From: Limnothrix sp. BL-A-16
Lineage (GTDB): Bacteria; Cyanobacteriota; Cyanobacteriia; CACIAM-69d
DNA: 64,000 nucleotides
NCBI GenBank assembly: GCA_041937175.2
Contig: CP166615.1
Span: forward strand, 3,136,001 to 3,200,000
Direction of reading: 5' to 3'
The notes beneath the pieces were generated by a model. The model searched no databases. It was not told the origin of the DNA and was given only the letters and a program-made list of their open reading frames with translations. A program made the translations under genes and the position numbers. Each line of letters begins with the position of its first letter. The first letter of the stretch is position 1. Below, piece after piece: positions 32,484 through 41,316 of this stretch.

Positions 32484-33263
32484 ATGGGCCTTTTCGATCG
32501 CGTCAGCCGCCTGATTCGGGCCAATGTCAACGACATTGTGAACAAAGCCGAGGATCCCGAGAAAATCCTTGAGCAATCGATCATCGACATGCAAGAAGAC
32601 CTGGTGCAAATGCGCCAGGCCGTTGCCCGGGCGATCTCCGCTCAACAAAAAATTCAGCAGCAACATAACCAGGCCCAAAGTGAGGCCAACCTGTGGCGAC
32701 AGCGCGCCCAACTGGCTCTCCAAAAAGGCGATGAAAGCTTGGCTCGCGAAGCCCTCAACCGCAAAAAGGTGCAAGAGGAAGCCGCCACCACCCTCAAGGC
32801 CCAACTGGATCAGCAAGTGGGAATGGTGGATCAGCTCAAGCGTAATCTGATCGCTCTGGAAGGGAAAATCTCGGAAGCCAAAACCAAGAAAGACATGCTC
32901 AAGGCCCGGGCCCAAGCTGCCAAGGCCAACGAGCAACTGCAAGGGGCCCTCAGCTCCATGAACACCGGCAGCGCCATGGCCGCCTTTGAGCGGATGGAAG
33001 AAAAAGTGCTGGAAATGGAAGCCCGTTCCACGGCAGCTTTGGAATTGAGTGGCGCTTCGTTGGAGCAACAATTCGCATCCCTGGAAGCCGGGAGCGATGT
33101 GGATGATGAACTGGCGGCCATGAAGGCACAAATGTTGGGCGGTTCCCCAACGCCAGCGGGGGCCCTGCCGGCCAGCAATGCCGCACCGGCCACGGAGGCA
33201 AAAGACGCAGCGATCGATGCCGAGTTAGAAGCCCTGCGCCGTCAGCTCAACGACACCAAGTAG
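32484..33263 (+). CDS. vipp1: Vesicle-inducing protein in plastids 1 (IM30)
   Basis: MGLFDRVSRLIRAN, AFERMEEKV, DVDDELAAMKAQ, C-terminal helix IDAELEALRRQL. Confidence 0.93.
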   Translation: MGLFDRVSRLIRANVNDIVNKAEDPEKILEQSIIDMQEDLVQMRQAVARAISAQQKIQQQHNQAQSEANLWRQRAQLALQKGDESLAREALNRKKVQEEAATTLKAQLDQQVGMVDQLKRNLIALEGKISEAKTKKDMLKARAQAAKANEQLQGALSSMNTGSAMAAFERMEEKVLEMEARSTAALELSGASLEQQFASLEAGSDVDDELAAMKAQMLGGSPTPAGALPASNAAPATEAKDAAIDAELEALRRQLNDTK

Positions 33264-33477
33264 GCAGGACACCAAAACTGCCAAACCAAAACCGCGATCG
33301 AGTCCGGGCGGGGGCGTGCGGCCGTGCGCCCCTATGCATTGCCCATACAGTGGTGGATCAACGCATTTTGCGACCTAACCCGCAGGCGGCCGCCCCCTCG
33401 AAATATGGCCCTTACCGCCAAGACACCTGTGGATTTAAGATGCAAAAGGCGAATTTTCAGAAGCAAGGACAACGATC

Positions 33478-33825
33478 GTGAGTCAAGTGCGAGTCATTTC
33501 GGATGCCGAATTTGAAAGCGACGTGCTGGGAGCCTCGGGAACGCCCGTTTTAGCGTATTTTTGGGCATCTTGGTGTGGGCCTTGCCGGTTGATGAGTCCG
33601 AGTGTGGAATGGGCGGCGACCACCTGGGGCGATCGGCTTCAGATCGTGAAGTTGGAAGTGGACCCCAACCCCGTCAGCGTCAAACATTGCCAGGTGGAAG
33701 GGGTGCCCGCCCTCCGGCTGTTTCAGGATGGCCAATTGCTGGACACCAGCGAAGGGGCCCTGACCAAGGAAAAGTTGGCGGACTTCCTCACGCCGCATGT
33801 GGGCGCAGTGCCCAGCGCGGTTTAA
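33478..33825 (+). CDS. Thioredoxin
   Basis: FWASWCGPCR active site, VEGVP. Confidence 0.93.
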   Translation: MSQVRVISDAEFESDVLGASGTPVLAYFWASWCGPCRLMSPSVEWAATTWGDRLQIVKLEVDPNPVSVKHCQVEGVPALRLFQDGQLLDTSEGALTKEKLADFLTPHVGAVPSAV

Positions 33826-33859
33826 GGGACATCGCAGCAGCATCCTGAGGCTTCAATCC

Positions 33860-35077
33860 ATGCAATTTGCCGATCGACTGAAACCGCTGCAATTCAACGT
33901 GTTTGCGGCCATGGATCGGGCGAAGGCAGCAGCGGCTGAAACCCACGAGATTGTGGATTTATCGCTGGGATCGGTGGACTTGCCCACTTCGCCCCACGTG
34001 CTGGCGGCGATCGGGGAAGCGCTTCAGGATCCCAGCACCCACGGCTACCAACTCTTTCGCAATACGGCGGCCTTTCGACAGGCGGTGGCCGATCGCTACG
34101 AGCGGCAATTTGGCCTGGCGATCGACCCGGAAACGGAAGTGCTAGCCCTGATTGGCTCCCAGGAAGGAACCGCTCACTTACCCCTGGCGGTTTTAAACCC
34201 GGGGGATGTGGCCCTGCTGGGCGATCCGGGCTATCCCTCCCACTACGGTGGCGTGCATTTGGCGGGCGGTGAGGTTTATCCCATGCCGCTGTTGGCGCAA
34301 CATGGCTATTTGCCGCAGTTTGACCAAATTCCGGCGGCCGTGGTCGATCGGGCGCGGCTAATGGTGCTGAACTATCCCCACAACCCGACCACAGCGGTGG
34401 CTAACCTGGACTTTTTCCGGCGGGCGGTGGCGTTTTGTCAGCAGCACGGCATCGTGTTGATTCATGATTTTGCCTACGACGGGATGGCCTTTGGCGATCG
34501 CCCGCCGTCGGTGTTGCAAGCGGATCCAGACAAGACGGTTTCGATCGAGTTTTTCACCCTGTCTAAGGCCTTTAATATGGGCGGCTTTCGGGCGGGCTAT
34601 GCGATCGGGAACCGCGACTTGATTGCAGCCCTGCGCAGTGTCAAGGCCGCCGTGGACTTTAACCAATACCAAGGCATTTTCAGGGGGGCGATCGCAGCGC
34701 TTCAGGGGCCCCAAGCCGATGTGCAGGAACGGTTAGAAATTTTTCGCGATCGCCGGGATGCGTTTGTGGCCGCCATGAATCGGATTGGTTGGCCCCTGGA
34801 AACGCCCCAAGCAACCATGTTCGCCTGGGCTAAGTTGCCGCCGCCTTGGGAAAACCAGTCGATCGAATTCTGTAAGCAACTGGTGGCCGCCACGGGCATC
34901 GCCGTGGCCCCGGGGGTGGGCTTTGGCCCTTCCGGTGAAGGCTATGTGCGTTTTGCCCTGGTGCAAACCCCGGAACAGTTGGCGCATTCGGTCGATCGCA
35001 TTGCCACCTTTTTACAAACCGGCTTGCCAGCCGACCACAAAGGTCAGGGCCTGTTGTCACTTCCTGGAATCCAGTAA
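33860..35077 (+). CDS. PLP-dependent class I/II aminotransferase (LL-diaminopimelate aminotransferase-like)
   Basis: LIGSQEGTAH, LNYPHNPT, HDFAY, TLSKAFNMGGFR, GEGYVRFAL. Confidence 0.9.
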   Translation: MQFADRLKPLQFNVFAAMDRAKAAAAETHEIVDLSLGSVDLPTSPHVLAAIGEALQDPSTHGYQLFRNTAAFRQAVADRYERQFGLAIDPETEVLALIGSQEGTAHLPLAVLNPGDVALLGDPGYPSHYGGVHLAGGEVYPMPLLAQHGYLPQFDQIPAAVVDRARLMVLNYPHNPTTAVANLDFFRRAVAFCQQHGIVLIHDFAYDGMAFGDRPPSVLQADPDKTVSIEFFTLSKAFNMGGFRAGYAIGNRDLIAALRSVKAAVDFNQYQGIFRGAIAALQGPQADVQERLEIFRDRRDAFVAAMNRIGWPLETPQATMFAWAKLPPPWENQSIEFCKQLVAATGIAVAPGVGFGPSGEGYVRFALVQTPEQLAHSVDRIATFLQTGLPADHKGQGLLSLPGIQ

Positions 35078-35100
35078 AAACGGCTGATCTTCCATACCCT

Positions 35101-35234
35101 AACCACCCTAGACAAGGAGCTTAAGCCCCTTGCCCCTACGATCCAACCACCCTAGACAAGGGGCTTAAGCCCCTTGCCCTTACGATCCGCCAACGGTGGA
35201 ATAAGGGTTTCAGGCGATATGACGACAAGCCCTA
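35101..35234. repeat. 44-bp tandem duplication, each unit carrying the CAAGG(G/A)GCTTAAGCCCCTTG palindrome, plus a MITE-like end
   Basis: Units 35101-35144 and 35145-35188; ends ATGACGACAAGCCCTA, an inverted match to TAGGGTCTATCGTCAT at 27113. Confidence 0.75.
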
Positions 35235-35318
35235 ATCACTGCAAAGGTTAGTCACCACAAAGGTTAATCAACGGCTGAATGATTGCTGAAAGGCAGATTA
35301 ACCTTTTGCCCTCAGTCC

Positions 35319-36491
35319 CTACCAAGGATTGCTGAAAGTGCGCACCGGTCGCCCGCCGATGTTGGATTGGGATGGCTGCGTCACCGGTTCCGGAGCCACG
35401 GCCGGTTGGCTGGGCGGCGGGGCGATCGCGGGGCTGTTGGGAACCGTGTTGTAACCGGCGTTTAAGGGTACACCGGAACCCGTGGAGCCATAGCCTGGCA
35501 TCGGAGCCGTTGGGATTTTGGGCAAAGTGCTGCCCGCCGTTGCCGGGCCGGAGCCATAGCTGGGATAGCCCGTGGGACTGCCAAAGCCGCCATAGTTCAC
35601 ATTGCCGGCCCCAGCATTGGGAACCGCCACATTCGGCAGTGTGGGATTGGTTGTGCCGCTGCCGATGGTGGGAGTTGTGCCGCTGGAACCCGTGACGGGA
35701 ACCGTGGGCGTTGTGGTGTTGGTGCTGCTGCTGGGGGTTGTGCCGCTGGAATCGCTGCTGCCATCACCATTGTTCAGGTAGAGGCGATCGAGCGCCGCTT
35801 GCAGGGGACTCACGGGCTGGCCGGTGGTTGTTCCATTGCCATTGAGCATGGTCGAGCTGCCTCCCACACCGTAGCTGCTGCCATTGGCATTGGCGGCCCG
35901 AGGGTCATTGCTCAAAAATTGATTCACCGCCCTTGGGGCCAAACCACTGCCCTCGCCACCGCGCGATCGACTGCCCACGGGGCCCGCCGAACCACCACTG
36001 AGCAACTGCAAAATATCCGCTAGCTCAGAGTTGGCGTTGTTCGCCGTTTTTTCTTCATCCTGGCGATCGCGTTTATTGCGATTGTTCCGGCGCTGGTTTT
36101 GGGGCAGGGTTAGCTCCGTTGCCAACACATTAGACGAGTCAATATCAGCCGCCACCGAATCATCATCGGGCTGAGACTCCAGAATCGAGAGCCAATCTAC
36201 CTTGTCCGGCTCAGGTTCGGCATTAGTCCAGCGATCGGGATTTTTCCAAAACACCCAAGCCCCCAAGGTTGCCATCGAAATCGCCATGGCCGGCAACCAG
36301 ATGAAGGGTTCGCCCAACCAGCGCAGATTTCTGAGCACCAGCGTTAGGCTGAAGGTTTCGCGCAATTGCGACACCCAACCCTCATGGGTTCCTGGCTCAT
36401 GGGTTCCTGAGTGCGCCTTGTGGCCGTGATGACCCGCCGGGTGATGACTCGATGGGTGATGGCCCGATGAGTGATGGTGATGCTCGGACAT
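35319..36491 (-). CDS. Hypothetical membrane-anchored low-complexity protein with His-rich N-terminus
   Basis: MSEHHHHSSGHHPSSHHPAGHHGHKAH, one TM, Gly/Ser/Thr/Pro-rich tail ending TFSNPW. Confidence 0.75.
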   Translation of the reverse strand: MSEHHHHSSGHHPSSHHPAGHHGHKAHSGTHEPGTHEGWVSQLRETFSLTLVLRNLRWLGEPFIWLPAMAISMATLGAWVFWKNPDRWTNAEPEPDKVDWLSILESQPDDDSVAADIDSSNVLATELTLPQNQRRNNRNKRDRQDEEKTANNANSELADILQLLSGGSAGPVGSRSRGGEGSGLAPRAVNQFLSNDPRAANANGSSYGVGGSSTMLNGNGTTTGQPVSPLQAALDRLYLNNGDGSSDSSGTTPSSSTNTTTPTVPVTGSSGTTPTIGSGTTNPTLPNVAVPNAGAGNVNYGGFGSPTGYPSYGSGPATAGSTLPKIPTAPMPGYGSTGSGVPLNAGYNTVPNSPAIAPPPSQPAVAPEPVTQPSQSNIGGRPVRTFSNPW

Positions 36492-36837
36492 AGTTAGGGT
36501 CACCAGAGCAGGATCAGAGAGTGGTTGGAGAGCGGGTCGGGGCTGGGGAGGCTGAACGAGAGCCGCTGGACGGAGACAGGGTAGAAGCGAGCGAAACCCC
36601 TAGACGAGAACGAGCCTTGGAGCGATGGCTCATTTTTAGGTAACAATTGCTGCTTCCATTCTATCGGGTCTGGCAACCCTGAAGCCAGGGCCTACCCCCA
36701 ACGCCTGGGGCCCGCCCCCTGAAATTCGCCAGTACCCAAACGGAGAACCGACACCAGCGATCGCCCCAAACGGCCCAACCTTGGTTTAGGGTGGCTTCTG
36801 GCTAATCAGTTGCCGGGATTCCCGAAAGGTTTGTTGG

Positions 36838-38577
36838 ATGAAAAACGCATGGGCTTGGATAGGGGCGCGATCGGGCGATCGACGCTGGAGCATGGTGCTC
36901 AGTGGAGCCATGGCGTTGTTTTATGGCTGGCAATCGGTGAAGTGGGCCACCCGCAATCCCTATATCGTGCAAGACGATGTGCGCCAGCATGTGTTTTGGG
37001 CTTTTCGCTACCTGGATCCTGGCCTCTTTCCCGGTGACTGGATTGCTGACTATTACCAATCCGTTGCGCCCCTGGGCTATCAGTGGCTCTATCACGGAGC
37101 CGCCCTCCTGGGCTGGGATCCCCTAACGGTCAGTAAATATTGGCCGGTGATTTTGGGTTTGGTGACCACGGCCCTGACCTGGCGAGTGATGATTCGGCTG
37201 TTGCCCGTGCCTTGGGTTGCCCTGTTGGGTTGCATTTTGGTGAATCAAAGCCTGTGGATGGAGGATGATTTGGCCTCGTCCACGCCGCGAGCCTTTGCCA
37301 CGCCCCTGGTGTTGGCGGTGATGGATGCGCTGCTGAGTCGATCGCTCTGGGGTTGTTTAGGGGCGATCGCCCTCAGTGGTCTGTTTTATCCCATGGTGGC
37401 GGTGGTGGCGGCGGCGGCCTTAGCGGTGAATTTGGGCCGGCGCTGGTGGGCCACCCGTCGGGGGCGATCGCATCCCGAGGCCCTGACTCCCCTGGACTGG
37501 CGCTTGGCGATCGGGGGCATTGCCATGGCGGTTGCGGTGCTGTTGCCGGAATTGCTTACCAGCAGCGAGTTCGGCCCCGTGATCAGCCGATCCCAAGCCG
37601 CCGCCCTGCCGGAATTTAACTTTGTGGGTAATGAATACGGGCGATCGTTCTTTTTTCACCCCAATCCGCTGATTTTTTGGCTGTTTGCCCCCCGTAGCGG
37701 CTTCCTGTGGGTGGGATTTGTGCCCCCGATCGCCCTGGCGGCCTTGGCCTTGCCCCGCTGGTTGAGCCGGCCCGCCCGCGCCCGTCAATTTCCCTTAGCC
37801 AGTAGCCTTTCGCCTCACTTCGCCATGCTGGGCGACTGGGTTTGGGGTGGTTTGGGACTGTTTCTCGCTGCCCATGCCCTGCTGTTTCGGTTGTATTTAC
37901 CCAATCGCTACGGCTATGTGCCCTTGCGGGTGGTGTTACCGGTGGCAGGGGCGATCGCCCTGGGCCTGTGGCTCGATCGGCAAATGCAAGCCACCCAACC
38001 CCAAAAACCGCGTTGGTTCTGGCCCCTGGTGAGCCTTGTTCTCAGCCTGTCGATCGTTGTGCCCATGGTTCCTAACTTAGCCGTGTCCAGCCAATTGCAA
38101 ATGGAAGGACGCATGGCCGAAGTCTATGAATTTCTGCAAAAACAACCGAAGGATATCCTAGTGGTTTCCCTGTCCAAGGAAGCGGATTTCATTCCTATCT
38201 TTGCCCGGCGATCGATTCTCGCCAGCCGCGAATTTGCCCTGCCTTACCATTGGGGCTATTACCGAGTTTTACGTCAACGCATTGAAGATACCATCCGCGC
38301 TCAATACACCAGCAACCTATCAGAGGTGAAAGCTTTCTTGCGGAAATATCAAGTGAATTTCTGGTTATTAGAACCCTGGTCACTCTCAAAGTCTGACTTG
38401 GCGGATAACACTTGGTTACAACAATTTCAGCCGCTCATTCAAGACGTGAGTAACCGACTCGATCGCGGTGAACCCCCAGCTTTGGAACGGGCGATCGCTC
38501 CCTGTTCAGTTCTCGAGAATAAGCGCCTCCAACTGCTCGATGCCCGCTGCATTTTGCAGCTACCATCAGAACCCTAG
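36838..38577 (+). CDS. Polytopic membrane protein, possible GT-C-fold glycosyltransferase
   Basis: VQDDVRQHVFW...DP.LFP.D.IADYYQSVAPLGY acidic loop after TM1, ~10 TMs, periplasmic C-terminal domain. Confidence 0.7.
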   Translation: MKNAWAWIGARSGDRRWSMVLSGAMALFYGWQSVKWATRNPYIVQDDVRQHVFWAFRYLDPGLFPGDWIADYYQSVAPLGYQWLYHGAALLGWDPLTVSKYWPVILGLVTTALTWRVMIRLLPVPWVALLGCILVNQSLWMEDDLASSTPRAFATPLVLAVMDALLSRSLWGCLGAIALSGLFYPMVAVVAAAALAVNLGRRWWATRRGRSHPEALTPLDWRLAIGGIAMAVAVLLPELLTSSEFGPVISRSQAAALPEFNFVGNEYGRSFFFHPNPLIFWLFAPRSGFLWVGFVPPIALAALALPRWLSRPARARQFPLASSLSPHFAMLGDWVWGGLGLFLAAHALLFRLYLPNRYGYVPLRVVLPVAGAIALGLWLDRQMQATQPQKPRWFWPLVSLVLSLSIVVPMVPNLAVSSQLQMEGRMAEVYEFLQKQPKDILVVSLSKEADFIPIFARRSILASREFALPYHWGYYRVLRQRIEDTIRAQYTSNLSEVKAFLRKYQVNFWLLEPWSLSKSDLADNTWLQQFQPLIQDVSNRLDRGEPPALERAIAPCSVLENKRLQLLDARCILQLPSEP

Positions 38578-38584
38578 GGCATAT

Positions 38585-38674
38585 TCATTTCCTTAAATCA
38601 GCGGTATGACAAAGGCTACTAGCTCGATAGATAGCATCAAAAATATCGAAGAAATGGGCATCATCACGATTCAT
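38585..38674 (-). pseudogene. Truncated HepT/DUF86 (HEPN) toxin remnant
   Basis: ATG overlaps the end of the MNT gene; translates MNRDDAHFFDIFDAIYRA... (DUF86-like start) and stops after 29 aa. Confidence 0.6.
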
Positions 38675-38981
38675 AAATAATTACTGCGGTACTTAAAATT
38701 TCCTGGCGACGAATCCAGTTGCTACCTTCTTGAATCGCCTCTTTGATGACCAGATCAACAGGGCGATCGAGCAGATCTTCAAGTTGATGCTTGATTCTAA
38801 CGAGGGTCAATAATCCTTGAGGAGCATCGGGTGCGAAGGAAATCAACAGATCAATATCGCTATTTTCTCGAAAGTCTTCTCGCAAAACAGAACCAAAGAG
38901 GGCTAGTTCAGCAATTTTCCATTGCCGACAGACTTCGATCAGCTTCTCCTCAGGAATTGCAAGGCGATTTGTTGGAAACAT
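38664..38981 (-). CDS. Minimal nucleotidyltransferase (MntA-type antitoxin)
   Basis: LALFGSVLREDFRENSDIDLL, L..LLDRPVDLV. Confidence 0.93.
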   Translation of the reverse strand: MFPTNRLAIPEEKLIEVCRQWKIAELALFGSVLREDFRENSDIDLLISFAPDAPQGLLTLVRIKHQLEDLLDRPVDLVIKEAIQEGSNWIRRQEILSTAVIIYES

Positions 38982-38982
38982 C

Positions 38983-39549
38983 CTAACTAAAAATATCGGC
39001 GACTTTCAAGGTGAAATCAGCAAATAGGGGCGAGGTTAATTCGTCTTCGGCGAAGAGGGTGAAAACGAGTTCTAAACGGGCTTGCGATCGCCGATAGATC
39101 TCAACGGTTTGTTGTTGCCAATCCACGATCCAATATTCCCGCACCCCGACTCGGGAGTAGAGCTTGAGTTTCACTTGGCGATCGCGCGCAATGTCTTGGG
39201 GTGCTTGGGAAATCACCTCAACAACTAACTCAGGAGCCGCCGTGAAATGCCCCGCTTCATCAACGCAGCTTGCGGCTTTTTCATCGCTGATCCAAATCAA
39301 ATCGGGGATGACGTTTGCTTCTCCCGCAAAAATTAACCCCGGTGTTTGTAGGGCTTCTCCAGTGCGATTGTCTGAGTCTTGGGTGGGGAGCGATCGGCAG
39401 AGGCACGTTAATACTCGCTGGTGTTTCCAGTGGGGGGCGCGGGTCACGTATAGGTCTCCGTCGATGATTTCGTAGCGATCGCCGGTGTCGGGGAAGAGTG
39501 CTAAATCGGCGGTTGTCCACGGATTTTTCGGGTCAGCATTGGCAACCAT
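38983..39549 (-). CDS. Uma2 family (DUF820) endonuclease-fold protein
   Basis: RYEIIDGDL, PHWKHQ, VIPDL, APELVVEVIS, KLKLYSRVGVREYWIVD. Confidence 0.93.
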   Translation of the reverse strand: MVANADPKNPWTTADLALFPDTGDRYEIIDGDLYVTRAPHWKHQRVLTCLCRSLPTQDSDNRTGEALQTPGLIFAGEANVIPDLIWISDEKAASCVDEAGHFTAAPELVVEVISQAPQDIARDRQVKLKLYSRVGVREYWIVDWQQQTVEIYRRSQARLELVFTLFAEDELTSPLFADFTLKVADIFS

Positions 39550-39640
39550 GGGGGTTCACGCTGGGTAGGTAGCAGCGGTGCTGGGGCGTTATGTTGATTG
39601 TACTGACTGGGGCAGGGCGATCGTAGCGGGCATCGGTTTT

Positions 39641-39976
39641 CTAAGCTGCGCCGTAGTTGGTGTATTGGCGTTTGTAGGGTGGTTGGAGACCGAGAATAAT
39701 GTCTTCTCGGGGGACACCCATCGCGATTAATTCTTCGGCGGGATTTTGGTCGGTTAGGTTTTGTTGGAGCCAGATTTTGCCGTCTTTGATGTCGAAATGA
39801 ATGATGCAGTGATAGACGCGGTTGAACTCTTGCCAACCGACGTTCATCCATTGGTAATGGTCGCGATCGCTATCAAAGATCAATTGCACTTCGACGTTTT
39901 CTGCTACGGGATCATCTTGGGCATATTGGCTCAGTAGGGTTTGAATATATTGTCGGTATTGGGCTATTTTTTCCAT
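39641..39976 (-). CDS. xisI: XisI family protein
   Basis: QLIFDSDRDHYQW..VGW, HFDIKDGKIWLQQN.T...AEELIAMGVPREDIILG. Confidence 0.94.
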   Translation of the reverse strand: MEKIAQYRQYIQTLLSQYAQDDPVAENVEVQLIFDSDRDHYQWMNVGWQEFNRVYHCIIHFDIKDGKIWLQQNLTDQNPAEELIAMGVPREDIILGLQPPYKRQYTNYGAA

Positions 39977-40380
39977 TGGATGATCCTCTCCTGAGCTGGA
40001 TCGTAAACAACAATTGAGACTTGATACCGCTCTACGGCTGCCTGAGTGAATTCGTATTGAAAAAATGTTTGGTAAGAATCAACTGGAACGGCTAGATAGA
40101 GGGTTCGTTCTGGTTCGATCGATTCTAGGGCAAGGCGATAGCTGAGGAATTGGCCGAGAGCAGCATAGAAGTCTGTGACGGCGGAAGGGTTCAGAAAGCT
40201 TTTGATTTCGACGGCGATTTTTTCACCGGATCGTTCTGCGGCGAGTAGTCGTTCTGCGGCGAGATCAACGCGAAAGTTAACATTGCCAAATTTGAATCTG
40301 AGGGGATCATCAGTAATCACCCATTGTTCTTTTTCTAGGGCGTGTTTAACGGCTTCGTGGAACAGATCTTTGGCAGCCAT
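39964..40380 (-). CDS. xisH: XisH family protein
   Basis: MAAKDLFHEAVK.AL, DLAAERLLAAER, IAVEIKSF, ALGQFLSY, RTLYLAVP; overlaps xisI. Confidence 0.95.
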   Translation of the reverse strand: MAAKDLFHEAVKHALEKEQWVITDDPLRFKFGNVNFRVDLAAERLLAAERSGEKIAVEIKSFLNPSAVTDFYAALGQFLSYRLALESIEPERTLYLAVPVDSYQTFFQYEFTQAAVERYQVSIVVYDPAQERIIQWKK

Positions 40381-40540
40381 AGACGTTGGGCAGAGTTACC
40401 GAATTTTAGCATTCCGATCCGGCTGCGTCTGGGTTTGAGGCAGGGCGATCGCTTGCTCCGGTTGGCGGTTAGCTAAAATGGTGGGGAGCTAGTTTAGCGC
40501 TGTCGAGGTTGGGGATACATTCACGGGTTGGAGGTTGTCG

Positions 40541-40783
40541 ATGCAAATCACGATTACTTTGCCGCCGGATTTGGAGGGATATTTGCTGCGTCAGGCGGCT
40601 CAGACTGACCTTCCTTTGCCGTTGATTGTGCTACAGATTCTTCGGCAACTGATCCAGATGCCACCGGGTGTTACGACTCAGTGGCCGGAGGCTGTTTTGA
40701 ATTATGAGCCAGATCCCGATTTCCCTGAGTTTGAGTCCTATCGTAATGAGTTGATTGATCCCCAAGAAATAGAGTTATTTTGA
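40541..40783 (+). CDS. Putative antitoxin of the downstream PIN toxin
   Basis: Small ORF MQITITLPPDLE... with acidic C-terminus, stop overlapping the vapC start. Confidence 0.75.
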   Translation: MQITITLPPDLEGYLLRQAAQTDLPLPLIVLQILRQLIQMPPGVTTQWPEAVLNYEPDPDFPEFESYRNELIDPQEIELF

Positions 40784-41190
40784 TGCGCTATCTTTTGGAT
40801 ACTTGCGTCATCAGTGACTTTGTTAAGGGTGATGCACCAACAATAATTCGGTTTCGGAATACGCCCCCGACGGATATTGCAATTTCGGCAATTACGGTGA
40901 TGGAGTTACGTTATGGTTTGGCGATTAATCCACAACGCGCAGGGAAGGTTGAACCAATAATTTCTGACATTCTGGCATCTGTAACCATATTGCCATTTGG
41001 ACTGGCTGAAGCGGAAAGATCGGCTGAGGTTCGGGCTATTTTGAAATCACAGGGTCAACCGATCGGGGCTTATGATGTGTTGATTGCGGCGACGGCGCTT
41101 GCACATCAATTAATTATGGTGACTGCTAATCAGCGAGAGTTCGAGCGAGTTCCTGGGCTATCGATTGAAAATTGGCGACAGGCAGATTAG
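40783..41190 (+). CDS. vapC: VapC/PIN-domain toxin
   Basis: YLLDTCVIS, ISAITVMEL.YG, GQPIGAYDVLIAATAL, VTANQREFERVPGL. Confidence 0.95.
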   Translation: MRYLLDTCVISDFVKGDAPTIIRFRNTPPTDIAISAITVMELRYGLAINPQRAGKVEPIISDILASVTILPFGLAEAERSAEVRAILKSQGQPIGAYDVLIAATALAHQLIMVTANQREFERVPGLSIENWRQAD

Positions 41191-41316
41191 GGATTACTGA
41201 AGTGTTTCTAGAACTCAACAAAATTTTATCACTTTAGTATTTTTATTTGGTGGTTTGTTGTGCCAGGTTTAGGGCAGTGTTTTGGTGACTATCCACCGAG
41301 GGATTGAGGCGGCCTC

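Noticed and set aside
35101..35188. Palindromic direct repeats as a mini-CRISPR array
   Set aside because: Only two head-to-tail 44-bp units with no unique spacer and no cas genes
39641..40380. Heterocyst-type fdxN excision element
   Set aside because: No XisF-like recombinase or interrupted gene nearby; xisHI pairs are common stand-alone modules
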